64,000 bases of DNA from an uncultured virus (IMG/VR IMGVR_UViG_3300027751_000010) (IMGVR_UViG_3300027751_000010), one strand, 5' to 3'. Counted from the stretch's first letter, positions 28,858 to 37,920 are shown. Notes: generated by a model not told the origin, from the sequence alone. Numbers and translations are program-made.

Positions 28858-29310
28858 TTATAGCAAACCGTGGGGGTCTTCTGCTTGTCGCTTGCGTAGA
28901 TCTCGTCTTTGCGGTACAAAATCATGATCTTTAGCAATGCGCATAAAAAATTTCGTTTGGGTGTCCCACACTGTTAGTAGTGAAATTTCAAAACCAAATG
29001 CTAATCGTAAAGAAAACAAATCTCTTTCATTGTGTATAGCAATAATAAGTGAGTAGTCGCCACCAAAATTATAATCATATTTTTTAGCCAACCCATAACT
29101 ACTTGTAAATGTTTTATCGAGGTATGACCTCAATGCATAATGCACGGTATCAGTCGCAATGTATCCAGTTTTTATAAGTCCGCTTTCTTCCATTTGTCTC
29201 AGGAAATCTGCCCCAGGTATCACAACTGTAAATAATGTAAAATCATCAGTGCCACGTATTGCAACATCCTCGTAGGTACAACCCCAACGCTGGAAGTATA
29301 TTGGTCTCAC
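28858..29310 (-). CDS. hypothetical protein
   Basis: contains NERDLFSLRLAFG. Confidence 0.65.
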   Translation of the reverse strand: MRPIYFQRWGCTYEDVAIRGTDDFTLFTVVIPGADFLRQMEESGLIKTGYIATDTVHYALRSYLDKTFTSSYGLAKKYDYNFGGDYSLIIAIHNERDLFSLRLAFGFEISLLTVWDTQTKFFMRIAKDHDFVPQRRDLRKRQAEDPHGLL

Positions 29311-29975
29311 GTTTTGGATCCTTTTAACGCAACCACGAACAACAGCTTTTCGAGATCAACGTCGTCCCTATCCGTCATTATCAAAACCTCTGGAATGGGG
29401 AGGTTAGAGTCTGGAAACCACGTCAAATTCTTGATTCTTACATTATCTTTGGTAGCTTCATAATAATTAATGCGCTTGCGTATTCCTTTAGCATTGTACA
29501 ATCTCCACCTACCCACACCACAGTGCTTATCTAACATCGAACAAATGGAGTTAAACTCTTTAAGTGTGCGCACTACCACAGCCCGTTCTTGCACAGGAAA
29601 AAACTTCTGTGGACTAGGAGCCACGTGCTTGATTGGTGTGCAGTTATATTGTGCAAATAAAGGAATAATAACAGGTAATAGTGCATCCTTCTCTTTTGTA
29701 GAATTAAAGGTGAGAGTTATTATCCATTCTCGAGCTGGAAAACAGTGACACACTGGAAGAGCACCGATAGCAATACAAACTTCGGTATGTAATTTATAGT
29801 GTTTGCGATTGCAATTCCTGTTCGCCGCCTCTATAATATCTTCAAGGTCAGCAACAACACTACGAGTGCGTCCAGGCGCCAGATTTACCGCGTTCTTCAT
29901 CTTCTTTGTCTTCAAAGTCCTGGGCTTGCTTTTTCTTTCCAGCCCAGGAACTATAAATTTTACCCTAGTTGTCAT
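29307..29975 (-). CDS. hypothetical protein
   Basis: ends EKLLFVVALKGS. Confidence 0.65.
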   Translation of the reverse strand: MTTRVKFIVPGLERKSKPRTLKTKKMKNAVNLAPGRTRSVVADLEDIIEAANRNCNRKHYKLHTEVCIAIGALPVCHCFPAREWIITLTFNSTKEKDALLPVIIPLFAQYNCTPIKHVAPSPQKFFPVQERAVVVRTLKEFNSICSMLDKHCGVGRWRLYNAKGIRKRINYYEATKDNVRIKNLTWFPDSNLPIPEVLIMTDRDDVDLEKLLFVVALKGSKT

Positions 29976-30406
29976 TTCTTTCTACCGAGGTCAGTCACAA
30001 TGTCAATAGCATCACCGACGTACTGGTACGCACCTTTGGAATAATGAGGAGCAATGTTTGTGCTCTTGCGTATAATCTCAGCCTTAGTCTCATCACTCTC
30101 ATCTTTGCTGTGCACCACATCCATGATCGACTTCTTAGCCGTAGCATCAGCCCCACCAACGGACGTGCTGGACGGAATACTGCGGGTGTTGTCTCCGCGC
30201 CGCCAACTATAATCATACGTAGGTAATTTGTGTACTGGTACGACTGTAGACATATCAAGCTTAGGGAAAGCAAGAGATGTAACTGGTTTCATTCCTTGTG
30301 TCTTTCTTTGCTTATTGTACTTGATAAGTTCCAGCCACTCATTTTTAGTCATACGCTTCTTCTTCTTTCGCAAAGAAGGTGTATTCTTTGTATAGATAAC
30401 GGGCAT
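29972..30406 (-). CDS. hypothetical phage protein
   Basis: IAPHYSKGAYQY motif of the kind seen in T4-like phage hypotheticals. Confidence 0.75.
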   Translation of the reverse strand: MPVIYTKNTPSLRKKKKRMTKNEWLELIKYNKQRKTQGMKPVTSLAFPKLDMSTVVPVHKLPTYDYSWRRGDNTRSIPSSTSVGGADATAKKSIMDVVHSKDESDETKAEIIRKSTNIAPHYSKGAYQYVGDAIDIVTDLGRKK

Positions 30407-30453
30407 ACAATCTCCAACACAATAGTCTAACTATGATACAACGTAATAAACTA

Positions 30454-30482
30454 ATTATAACACAGAATAAGATGAATGTCAA
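30454..30482 (-). promoter_or_regulatory. sigma70-like promoter TTGACA-N17-TATAAT
   Basis: perfect consensus; spacer similar to 14793 promoter. Confidence 0.85.
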
Positions 30483-30534
30483 ACTCTCTTCCTAATAGTC
30501 TGATCTGTTTGGATCATTATATAATTCTCCGACA

Positions 30535-31005
30535 TTAATCCTCACAATAATTTTCTATTAGAGCACTGAACATAAGCCCTTGTTGTATATACCATTGAGG
30601 AATAAACTTTCCTTCCTTCCTCAACTCTTCTCGAATCCACTCATCAATTACATTTGTAATTTCTAATACTATTGCCTTAGACTCTGCCTTAGGACGGTCA
30701 TTTAGATTATGTGTCAAAACTAGGGTTCCTACAATACGCCACGGAATATTATAAACACCCATCTCATATAAGAGTCGGCATGTAAGGTTCCGCCAGTCCA
30801 CATCAGTCTCAGTGTAGAGATATTTTCTGTTCGCTATCAGCGGCTCTAATTTCGCATTACTAACATCACGCGCATTGAACCACGCATCCTCAACAAATCT
30901 TTCAGTAATGTCGTTGAAAATATCGGGCCAACTTACATACAGTCCATTGAGCCGTTTGATAAAATCATCTTTATTAAGGTATTTGGGAGCTGCCATATAT
31001 TCCAT
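30535..31005 (-). CDS. hypothetical protein
   Basis: N-terminal KDDFIKRLNG. Confidence 0.65.
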   Translation of the reverse strand: MEYMAAPKYLNKDDFIKRLNGLYVSWPDIFNDITERFVEDAWFNARDVSNAKLEPLIANRKYLYTETDVDWRNLTCRLLYEMGVYNIPWRIVGTLVLTHNLNDRPKAESKAIVLEITNVIDEWIREELRKEGKFIPQWYIQQGLMFSALIENYCED

Positions 31006-31022
31006 CCATTGCTACATTCTGT

Positions 31023-31051
31023 ATTATACTACAGATAAAGATAAAAGTCAA
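31023..31051 (-). promoter_or_regulatory. sigma70-like promoter TTGACT-N17-TATAAT
   Basis: consensus. Confidence 0.8.
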
Positions 31052-31057
31052 GAAGAA

Positions 31058-32533
31058 TTATACGGTTTTTGTAGGATATCCAGCGTGTTCTAGATAAGGT
31101 TGGACATATTTATTGAATAGACTAATAGGGATATGGATGTAGCCTTCTTTAGCCGAGATCATAATCTCATTTTTACTGAGTGCGGCCTGGGATAAACCTT
31201 CATCGGCCTTCATGTTGTCACTAACCTTATCGAACTGTTTGATCTTGCTAACAGCATCTATATTAATGTCATTAATTGTTAACTCTTTTAACCAAAAATG
31301 TCTAAAACTCATTAAAAGCTGATTAGCTGTAGGATCACCTTCTTCTCGATACTTACCTAAGATACTTATAGACTTAGAAAGATCATTGGTTAGCTTGTTT
31401 GTAATTTGTTTGACAGGTTCTGGGTTTGCAACAAAGTATATCGAATCAATTACTTTTTCTAAAGCTTTGTTATACGGAATATTTAGTTTAGCCCAACCAG
31501 AGGGTAGTACCACGCTAGGTTGTTTAATAACGAATTCAGAAAAGGAGTTGTTTGTTGTAAACCAATCCCGCATTGCAGTGTTGTACGTGTAATGGAACTC
31601 TCCTCGAGGAAATATTACATATTCATAACCATACCCAGTGGCTGTGTTGCGATCTCCTGTAGTAAAAATTGCGTTACTTCTATTTGCAATACCACCATTC
31701 TTTTCTATAATGCGATTGAATATTCCTTGTAGCATACTAGAAGAGTCTACTGGATTACGATTTTTTCTATATGGAGTAATAAACGGATCTCTGTGTGTTT
31801 TTCCTTTGGTTGGTTCTTGTCTACCTCTATACAACGGGACTAATGGTGATCCCATTTCCTTTAGGAATGGTTGGCATTCTTTGATAATCTTTTGCGTCCA
31901 CTCTTTGTATAAATCAGCTTCTGCTTGGTCATCTACGTCCTCAGTCACTCTTGCTGGCGCGTTAATGAATCCATCAACTTTTTTCTGATAGTATCCAAGA
32001 TCCTGGTTCTTGGTGGTGTTATCAATGACGAGCAAATTATTATTAAAAATGCGTTGTAGCTCACCCATCTTCATCCTAAGCTCATCATGAACCTTACGCA
32101 ACCATTGGGGATTGACCTTCCGTCTACGTTCATCGTTACGATCCAGCGCCGTTAGCACATCCGTATTCACAAACACAGCCATTACATCGTAACCAATCTC
32201 TTCTAGTTCATTTTTCGTTTGCTGCAACCGATCTACATGCCGCCCAGTGCCATCAATGACCATGCCTAGCCCACCAGCTACATAATTATTCATGCGCCGT
32301 TGCGTTACGTTGCCGCTGTATTTGTACAGCTCGTCGTCAAAACCAGCACCTTGTATGCCAGTTTTGTTGCGTAAAAACTCATAAACGTCATCAACGTTCA
32401 CCATCTTCAGACCAGTGCCACCCACAAGCTTTCTAGCAACGTGCGTCTTGCCGCTACCAGGTCCACCTAACATAAATATCACCTTATGCTGGTGCGGATC
32501 GTGTATACCTTCTAGTAGCTGCGTAATCTTCAT
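31058..32533 (-). CDS. P-loop kinase (zeta-toxin/AAA_33-like) fused to putative ADP-ribosyltransferase-like domain; likely virion protein
   Basis: GGPGSGKT, VIDGTG, ALDRNDERRR; PLYRG...RSNAIFTT...NEIMI; leader MKITQLLEG. Confidence 0.7.
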   Translation of the reverse strand: MKITQLLEGIHDPHQHKVIFMLGGPGSGKTHVARKLVGGTGLKMVNVDDVYEFLRNKTGIQGAGFDDELYKYSGNVTQRRMNNYVAGGLGMVIDGTGRHVDRLQQTKNELEEIGYDVMAVFVNTDVLTALDRNDERRRKVNPQWLRKVHDELRMKMGELQRIFNNNLLVIDNTTKNQDLGYYQKKVDGFINAPARVTEDVDDQAEADLYKEWTQKIIKECQPFLKEMGSPLVPLYRGRQEPTKGKTHRDPFITPYRKNRNPVDSSSMLQGIFNRIIEKNGGIANRSNAIFTTGDRNTATGYGYEYVIFPRGEFHYTYNTAMRDWFTTNNSFSEFVIKQPSVVLPSGWAKLNIPYNKALEKVIDSIYFVANPEPVKQITNKLTNDLSKSISILGKYREEGDPTANQLLMSFRHFWLKELTINDINIDAVSKIKQFDKVSDNMKADEGLSQAALSKNEIMISAKEGYIHIPISLFNKYVQPYLEHAGYPTKTV

Positions 32534-33567
32534 GCTTCCCCTCGTAGTGCGTCTTTAACCCATCCATCATAAAACGTTGACCGTATATGCAAAACAGAAC
32601 CAGCTCGAACCATTAGTTCGTGTTCCAATTCAGCACATAAGGACAGTCCATTATCAACCATAATATCTTCTTTTACTTTAGCAACTGCGCGTTTCATAAT
32701 AGGGTGGTTAATTGGTATGTCATCGTGGTATACGCTACTGCCTAATTTCATAGCTTCTTTGTGCTCGTTGTCAATAGCTTCTAATTCTTGTTGTGCATTT
32801 ATAATATCGTATCGTATGCTTTTTTCTTCATAACGTAATTCTTGTAATATATCTTCTAATTTTTCGAGGCTTGTGTCATCTTCTTCATCATACATTGATA
32901 AATTTAATTCAACTTCGTTGATTTTCCCCATTAGATCACGCATTGCTGCTTCTGCTTCACTTAGGTCTTGGCCTGGTTCTAGGTACAATTCTTTTAGTTT
33001 ATTTGCTTCATCTACCAACCAACTAGTTTGACACTTCTCAATAAGATCTGAATACGTTTGTGTCCAATCCTCTGCATTTTTATTCCATGTGTAATTAAAA
33101 TCATACAGCGGGATCACAACCCACACTATTGGATCGAAGCCGCTGCTATCCTCTATACCATATGAACCTGCAGACTGTTCGTTAGGCAAACAAAATAATG
33201 AATTTTCTCTCGTAGCTACTGCCCCTGACTCGCGCAAGGCCTGTTGGAATATCTTGTGCAATGCATTACCGGTGTCCCGCGGTCTTCGGTCTTCTCGTGG
33301 CGAACGCACAAAGGCTGCAACATCATCTATGTGCATGTCATAATCTAATGTACCACGATAAAAAACATCCTCAGGGTGTTTTGCCTCAGCAAACCATTTC
33401 TTACAACGTGTTTTTATATATTCAGCAACCTTTTTCGCAGCTTCTTTATTAACGCTTGAAGAATATGTTGATGTTATGCCTGCGGATTGCTGATAGGATG
33501 AGGAATCCCATGTAGCAACAACTACCTTCTCAGTTGGTTCCTCAAATAATAGTTCTGCTGCTCTCAT
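32530..33567 (-). CDS. putative ART-like domain protein with coiled-coil insert; paralog of the C-terminal half of 31058..32533
   Basis: FYRG...RRPRDT...RENSLFC...YG...VIP..FNYTW...EHELMV; leader MRAAELLFEE. Confidence 0.6.
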   Translation of the reverse strand: MRAAELLFEEPTEKVVVATWDSSSYQQSAGITSTYSSSVNKEAAKKVAEYIKTRCKKWFAEAKHPEDVFYRGTLDYDMHIDDVAAFVRSPREDRRPRDTGNALHKIFQQALRESGAVATRENSLFCLPNEQSAGSYGIEDSSGFDPIVWVVIPLYDFNYTWNKNAEDWTQTYSDLIEKCQTSWLVDEANKLKELYLEPGQDLSEAEAAMRDLMGKINEVELNLSMYDEEDDTSLEKLEDILQELRYEEKSIRYDIINAQQELEAIDNEHKEAMKLGSSVYHDDIPINHPIMKRAVAKVKEDIMVDNGLSLCAELEHELMVRAGSVLHIRSTFYDGWVKDALRGEA

Positions 33568-33600
33568 TAAAAATCCAAATAAACCTTTATGTGTTTCGTT

Positions 33601-33608
33601 TATTTATC
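33601..33608 (-). promoter_or_regulatory. T4-late-like promoter GATAAATA
   Basis: intergenic tatttatc. Confidence 0.65.
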
Positions 33609-33634
33609 TGGATCAGCGCAATGTCTCGCGTATA

Positions 33635-34228
33635 CTATCTAGCCAGCGGACACCTGTTCATCAGTTCCATCAGCGCAACCTGCCAGTCGGTGAACTCTAA
33701 CGGCTGTAATTCTTCACCAGCTGGAATCTTAGGCCAATGGTAGGTAAACTGGTGTAGGCATGCTACTGGATCATAATTATATTGGTGGGTACTCCACGGC
33801 TTACGGATGGTCAAGTCAGGGTTTGCTCTGATCCATGACGCAGTCTCGTAAAATTCCTGCGGCAAGATGATTGCGACAGAGGTTGTGAGACTGGCAAGGA
33901 AGTCCATTGACTCAGTGAAAGGTGCCCACGGATATGGATTCTCATCCTCACACAATAGCGCAATGATCTTACGTAGTCCCATTACGTCTCCACCATTGAG
34001 ACACACCATGGTCTTGTGATCCTTGGACCAATCATAAAGCATCTTACCTGCATTAGCTTGCGCAGCAACATGTGGTGGAGGGTTATCACCAGTAGCTCTA
34101 GCCCAATCAACTAAATCAATTTTTTCATACTTGTTAAACAATTCGACAGCCGCATGACCAGCTTGAATACCTTGCTGGATCGAACTAAGCGGGAAAATCG
34201 TAAACGTATAGCATCTTAAATCAGTCAT
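33635..34228 (-). CDS. peptidyl-tRNA hydrolase Pth2-like protein
   Basis: GIQAGHAAVEL...W...KTMVCL...FTE...TTSVAI. Confidence 0.6.
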   Translation of the reverse strand: MTDLRCYTFTIFPLSSIQQGIQAGHAAVELFNKYEKIDLVDWARATGDNPPPHVAAQANAGKMLYDWSKDHKTMVCLNGGDVMGLRKIIALLCEDENPYPWAPFTESMDFLASLTTSVAIILPQEFYETASWIRANPDLTIRKPWSTHQYNYDPVACLHQFTYHWPKIPAGEELQPLEFTDWQVALMELMNRCPLAR

Positions 34229-34394
34229 TTCTTTTTTCCTTTTTTACCCAAATGTCGCCGCCCAATTTATTAACCAGTACCTCAACTCGCCCACAACACG
34301 CGCACCTTCGGATTGGTGTTGCACCCATTCCCTGCTGGACGCCGTGCCACTCGTGCATTTCGAGGAAGCATCTAATACGATCAGGTAATGTCAT
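34221..34394 (-). CDS. small Cys/His protein
   Basis: C....HEW...RRCACCG. Confidence 0.55.
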   Translation of the reverse strand: MTLPDRIRCFLEMHEWHGVQQGMGATPIRRCACCGRVEVLVNKLGGDIWVKKEKRND

Positions 34395-34591
34395 TTTTGG
34401 TATTTCCTCACGTATAGCTCTGTGGCTGCTGCCACAGAAAATAAAGAAATAATAACGTGCATCCACGCAAACCAACCAAAGCCTTCCCGCTGTACAGCTA
34501 AGTCTAACAAAGAGAGATTCGTGGCTGCGATGATTACCCAAAACAACCACGAATGGAAAAGCTTGTTCAGTTGTTTGTCGAGAAACTTCAC
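34391..34591 (-). CDS. small membrane protein
   Basis: two hydrophobic segments. Confidence 0.55.
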   Translation of the reverse strand: MKFLDKQLNKLFHSWLFWVIIAATNLSLLDLAVQREGFGWFAWMHVIISLFSVAAATELYVRKYQK

Positions 34592-34600
34592 TTGCCGCCT

Positions 34601-34780
34601 CTACCGCCGCCAAAAAAGCGCCAGGTACAAACCGAGCACCGAAAGGTACGTCCACACATTGTGGGGAATATACAATACCTGTCCCGCTTGTTCTGACAGC
34701 GTATTAATTGACCATAACACAATTGATGGAGCCACAAACAAGGCAATAACAACAACCATAAATACAAGTATAAATTTCAT
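34601..34780 (-). CDS. small membrane protein (59 aa)
   Basis: hand-translated MKFILVFMVVVIALFVAPSIVLWSINTL... Confidence 0.6.
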   Translation of the reverse strand: MKFILVFMVVVIALFVAPSIVLWSINTLSEQAGQVLYIPHNVWTYLSVLGLYLALFWRR

Positions 34781-34876
34781 TTCAGACTGCTCCCAGTTCT
34801 TTTACTTCGCGATTAAGTTCAAACAAACTAACAGGGCCGCCACCAATACCGTGCAAGTCCTTTTCTACCTTGCGGA

Positions 34877-35098
34877 TCAACCCATGCCATTTGCTGCTTT
34901 GCCCATGACTGCGCTCTCATCGCCAAACGGAATGCCGTTGATGATTCGAATCTGTGTCAGCCATTCGGCTAAACCGCGCCCTATTCCAGTAGGATAACCA
35001 TCATACTGTTGATACACACAGACCAATGGACTTACTGGCTTATCAGTGCGGCTCTTGTCGTTAGTAGGGAAAACATAAGTTAGTGAACGAGTACCCAT
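34877..35098 (-). pseudogene. apparently truncated member of the MGTRS...YxxxDGYP phage family
   Basis: ends at ANGMG-TGA; downstream DNA carries an unrelated startless C-terminal fragment. Confidence 0.55.
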
Positions 35099-35109
35099 AA
35101 TATTATTCC

Positions 35110-35298
35110 TTATTCAAATATAAAGATGAAGAATCGAAATGAGTCATTGACAGACATCAACACCCAACAAACGAAGACCATCATAAAAAATCCAGCTTTG
35201 ATTAGAATATTCAACCAATTCAACGGTGGCACTTGGATGAACCATATCAAATTCCAGACCATTGAGACTAGTAAGAACCAATGAATAGCAGTAGTCAT
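35110..35298 (-). CDS. small membrane protein
   Basis: two TM helices. Confidence 0.6.
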   Translation of the reverse strand: MTTAIHWFLLVSMVWNLIWFIQVPPLNWLNILIKAGFFMMVFVCWVLMSVNDSFRFFIFIFE

Positions 35299-35452
35299 TA
35301 CATATCCCTCTTATCACGGAATCCTATAAAAACCGGGAACCTTGGTTTGTCTTTCGAACCCGTGGCAAAGAATTTGTACTTCACAATCTTGCCTTCCAGA
35401 TTCGCCCTATCATCCCAAAGTTGCTGTCTCGTTGCAGCATCAAATCCTGTGC
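35298..35452 (-). pseudogene. C-terminal remnant of ATP-dependent DNA ligase (OB fold)
   Basis: hand-translated TGFDAATRQQLWDDRANLEGKIVKYKFFATGSKDKPRFPVFIGFRDKRDM*; ligase motif VI-like; no in-frame start. Confidence 0.85.
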
Positions 35453-35554
35453 TTCTGTAATACCGTACACATCTAGGTTATAAGAATCATTCGCAGTAAT
35501 CCAATCGCGCTTGGCGCGGTGGTATCCAGCAAATTGCTTTTTAGTAAATTTCAT
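35381..35554 (-). CDS. 57-aa ORF whose tail reads out of frame through the ligase remnant
   Basis: hand-translated MKFTKKQFAGYHRAKRDW... Confidence 0.45.
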   Translation of the reverse strand: MKFTKKQFAGYHRAKRDWITANDSYNLDVYGITEAQDLMLQRDSNFGMIGRIWKARL

Positions 35555-35803
35555 CTAAAAATCCTCGTCTTCGTTGATCCAACCAGTCCACTCATCTTCT
35601 GATGGGACAGGTGCGTTGCTGTATCCGGCACGTTGCGCATAGCCAACCGCCCACCACCCATCTTCACCGTCTGGACCAATGTCAGGATCGACCATGTTAC
35701 CACATGCGTGTTCAAAACCATCCCTGTATGCGTTTGCTGCCTCCACACAAAGTGTCTCAACCAGCGCCGTAAGTTTCCGAATCTTTAAATCTTTGTCATC
35801 CAT
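35555..35803 (-). CDS. hypothetical protein
   Basis: start MDDKDL with RBS GAGG. Confidence 0.6.
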   Translation of the reverse strand: MDDKDLKIRKLTALVETLCVEAANAYRDGFEHACGNMVDPDIGPDGEDGWWAVGYAQRAGYSNAPVPSEDEWTGWINEDEDF

Positions 35804-35895
35804 TCTTACATCCTCAACATGATTGATCGCAACCAAAACCAAGCTGGCAGTCTAACGAACAATAGCCCGTTGAATCTTCCATTGTAATCTCGTTC

Positions 35896-36033
35896 TTATT
35901 CACTCAATCCGCCAATTAAAAATATCCAAATACCTGTGAAAGCGAGCGGAACATACAACAAACTACCGCTAATGGCTGTGTTGATACCTGCGATAACAAG
36001 TATAATTAATCCTGCTTTCTTAACAATATTCAT
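35896..36033 (-). CDS. small membrane protein (45 aa)
   Basis: hand-translated MNIVKKAGLIILVIAG...; ATGA overlap. Confidence 0.55.
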   Translation of the reverse strand: MNIVKKAGLIILVIAGINTAISGSLLYVPLAFTGIWIFLIGGLSE

Positions 36034-36275
36034 TCTGTTGGATTCCATATCCAGAGCTTGCGCTTCTTGCTCGCCTTGAATTCAGTTAAGCCCGTTGGGA
36101 TAGGCCCTTCGCGCCCTGCTCTACGTGCGGCGCTAGAAGAAGGAAAGATTCCCAACTCCCGCATCAACGCACTCAGTTCCGTAGACTCGGCAAACGTAAC
36201 TTCCTCGTCACCAAACAAGAGGGTCAGGTCATCCTCGACCCACGCGGAACTCTTTATGACTATGTTCTCGACCAT
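36030..36275 (-). CDS. stand-alone S4-like domain resembling the TyrRS C-terminus
   Basis: LSALMRELGIFPSSSAARR...G...KKR. Confidence 0.55.
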   Translation of the reverse strand: MVENIVIKSSAWVEDDLTLLFGDEEVTFAESTELSALMRELGIFPSSSAARRAGREGPIPTGLTEFKASKKRKLWIWNPTE

Positions 36276-36535
36276 TACGCCAACTTGCGGAGCTGTTCTG
36301 TGAGCCAGTCTCCAATCTCCAGTTTAGCATCGTTAACCGACTCGCCCCATTCAGGACGGGAAGCAATGTCAAGCTCTGCTAGCCTGCGCATCTGTTCAGA
36401 GAGCATCCCATCTTTGCCGAGGAGTTTAGCTCGCAGATCACTCAACACTTCTAGGTCGTCTGTGTTGCCTATATCTTCGCGGGCATTGTTTACAAGCATA
36501 TCAAGGTTTTTCAAGGCATCATTTACGTTAATCAT
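36275..36535 (-). CDS. stand-alone PheRS alpha N-terminal coiled-coil domain
   Basis: LSDLRAKLLGKDGMLSEQMRRLAEL....RPEWGESVNDAK matches the PheS N-terminal LGKKG...RP..G..N.AK pattern. Confidence 0.85.
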   Translation of the reverse strand: MINVNDALKNLDMLVNNAREDIGNTDDLEVLSDLRAKLLGKDGMLSEQMRRLAELDIASRPEWGESVNDAKLEIGDWLTEQLRKLA

Positions 36536-36573
36536 GTGTGTTTCCTTTATGTAATTCCCTACTTCTTACTCAT

Positions 36574-36632
36574 ATTATAACTGAAAAAGGGGAAAAAGTC
36601 AACATCTATCTTTACCGTAAATCAATGACTTA
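36574..36632 (-). promoter_or_regulatory. sigma70-like promoter TTGACT-N17-TATAAT with upstream AAATCAATGACTTA box
   Basis: -10 36574-79, -35 36597-602, box 36619-32. Confidence 0.8.
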
Positions 36633-36828
36633 CAGATGATTGAGAATTATTTTTGAGGAGGGTGCGTGTATTTTCCGCTCATATCTGCGGTTATCCCAGT
36701 ACGGCGCCACCAGATAGCGTACCTACACCACGAAGGGTGCCTAGCACAACTCCATTCTTTTCATGGACATCAACAACTGACCTTCAAGCATTTCCTTGTA
36801 CAGTACGCCGAGACTCCAAAATTCTTTA

Positions 36829-37059
36829 TTAGCTGCTACTCTTTTCCTCTAGTTTATAATATGTTTCTGCGCCGTTTTCCTTACTAGCAAACCACCACAA
36901 CCCCGCATTAAAGCTAATCACTAAAATTGCAATTGTCAACAGAACTTCCCAACGACGATAAATCAAATTATGACTATAGAAAAGAGCGAGCACTTCTGTC
37001 GTAGTTAGTGTTACGAAAACACAACCACCTATTGCTCTACATTTCTTTATCATGTTCAT
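36829..37059 (-). CDS. small membrane protein
   Basis: two hydrophobic segments. Confidence 0.55.
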   Translation of the reverse strand: MNMIKKCRAIGGCVFVTLTTTEVLALFYSHNLIYRRWEVLLTIAILVISFNAGLWWFASKENGAETYYKLEEKSSS

Positions 37060-37063
37060 AATG

Positions 37064-37522
37064 TCACCCTTTGAGATTCTCCTTTAAAACTTCTTTAAAA
37101 ACTCTTAATTCTCTTCCTCGAGTATCTAATAACTTCTCTACTTTCTTTAAAAATCTGCTAACTTGTCGTCCTTTTATAACTGAATAGACACCTTCAGCCG
37201 TAAGGTTACGATTGATTAAAAAATTCTTACCAACCTCAACTAAAACTTTGTCACAATCTCTATTGTAGTTGACACAAATATGTTTACGATCATTATACAA
37301 CGAGTTCAAAAACTCAGTCGATGTACTCATATCTACAGTTATCCAATCATCTATATTAGCTCGTATATCTTCTTCTAAATCGTGCAGTAATTCTTTTTCT
37401 TCTTTACTTCCGAACCAATGGTGGAAAAAACAATTAAACATCAGCCGATCCATAAAAATAGCAAAAGCCCCAAAAAATATGGCAACACATATAATCATCA
37501 TTGCCAATGGTATACCAGTCAT
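37064..37522 (-). CDS. membrane-anchored hypothetical protein
   Basis: N-terminal TM helix. Confidence 0.65.
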   Translation of the reverse strand: MTGIPLAMMIICVAIFFGAFAIFMDRLMFNCFFHHWFGSKEEKELLHDLEEDIRANIDDWITVDMSTSTEFLNSLYNDRKHICVNYNRDCDKVLVEVGKNFLINRNLTAEGVYSVIKGRQVSRFLKKVEKLLDTRGRELRVFKEVLKENLKG

Positions 37523-37920
37523 TCACTTAGCTCCATTGTGTAGTCCCCTATGTCAGTGCACCAAGTGCCAGTTTCTATAACCGTGCCGAATCCTACAGAC
37601 ATCTCACCAATTAATTTAGCATCACCGCATATTATTGCACTACCAGGAACGTTAATATCTCCGTTAAGCTCCGCAAACCCGCAAACAATGCCGTACTCAT
37701 CAATGTGTACATTTCCGCGAACCTGCGCATAGTTAAACACTTCCGCTTCGTAATCTACCCAACAAGTACCTTCTACTATGCAACCCTCACCGACCATACC
37801 ACCAACCGACCCGTCAGGATTTATATGCCTCGCCCCATATTCCAAGCTACCATCCGCAAATTTATACGGAGGAGCTTGCAACCTGTTTATAAATTTTTCT
37901 TTACCTTCAATTGTAGTCAT
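37519..37920 (-). CDS. left-handed beta-helix (hexapeptide-repeat) protein
   Basis: RHINPDGSVGGMV then AEVFNY/AQVRGN/IVCGFA/IICGDA repeats. Confidence 0.75.
   Translation of the reverse strand: MTTIEGKEKFINRLQAPPYKFADGSLEYGARHINPDGSVGGMVGEGCIVEGTCWVDYEAEVFNYAQVRGNVHIDEYGIVCGFAELNGDINVPGSAIICGDAKLIGEMSVGFGTVIETGTWCTDIGDYTMELSE

Noticed and set aside
31900..32533. Zeta toxin of an epsilon-zeta TA pair
   Set aside because: No small antitoxin gene upstream; late promoter, leader and fusion fit a virion P-loop kinase better.
34860..34879. Stop-codon recoding to explain the early TGA
   Set aside because: Read-through gives only S-A-R before a TAG; conserved genes are full length in the standard code and all three stop codons are used.
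36636..36828. Intergenic stretch as an ncRNA or gene remnant
   Set aside because: Only short frames without recognisable motifs and no convincing structure.
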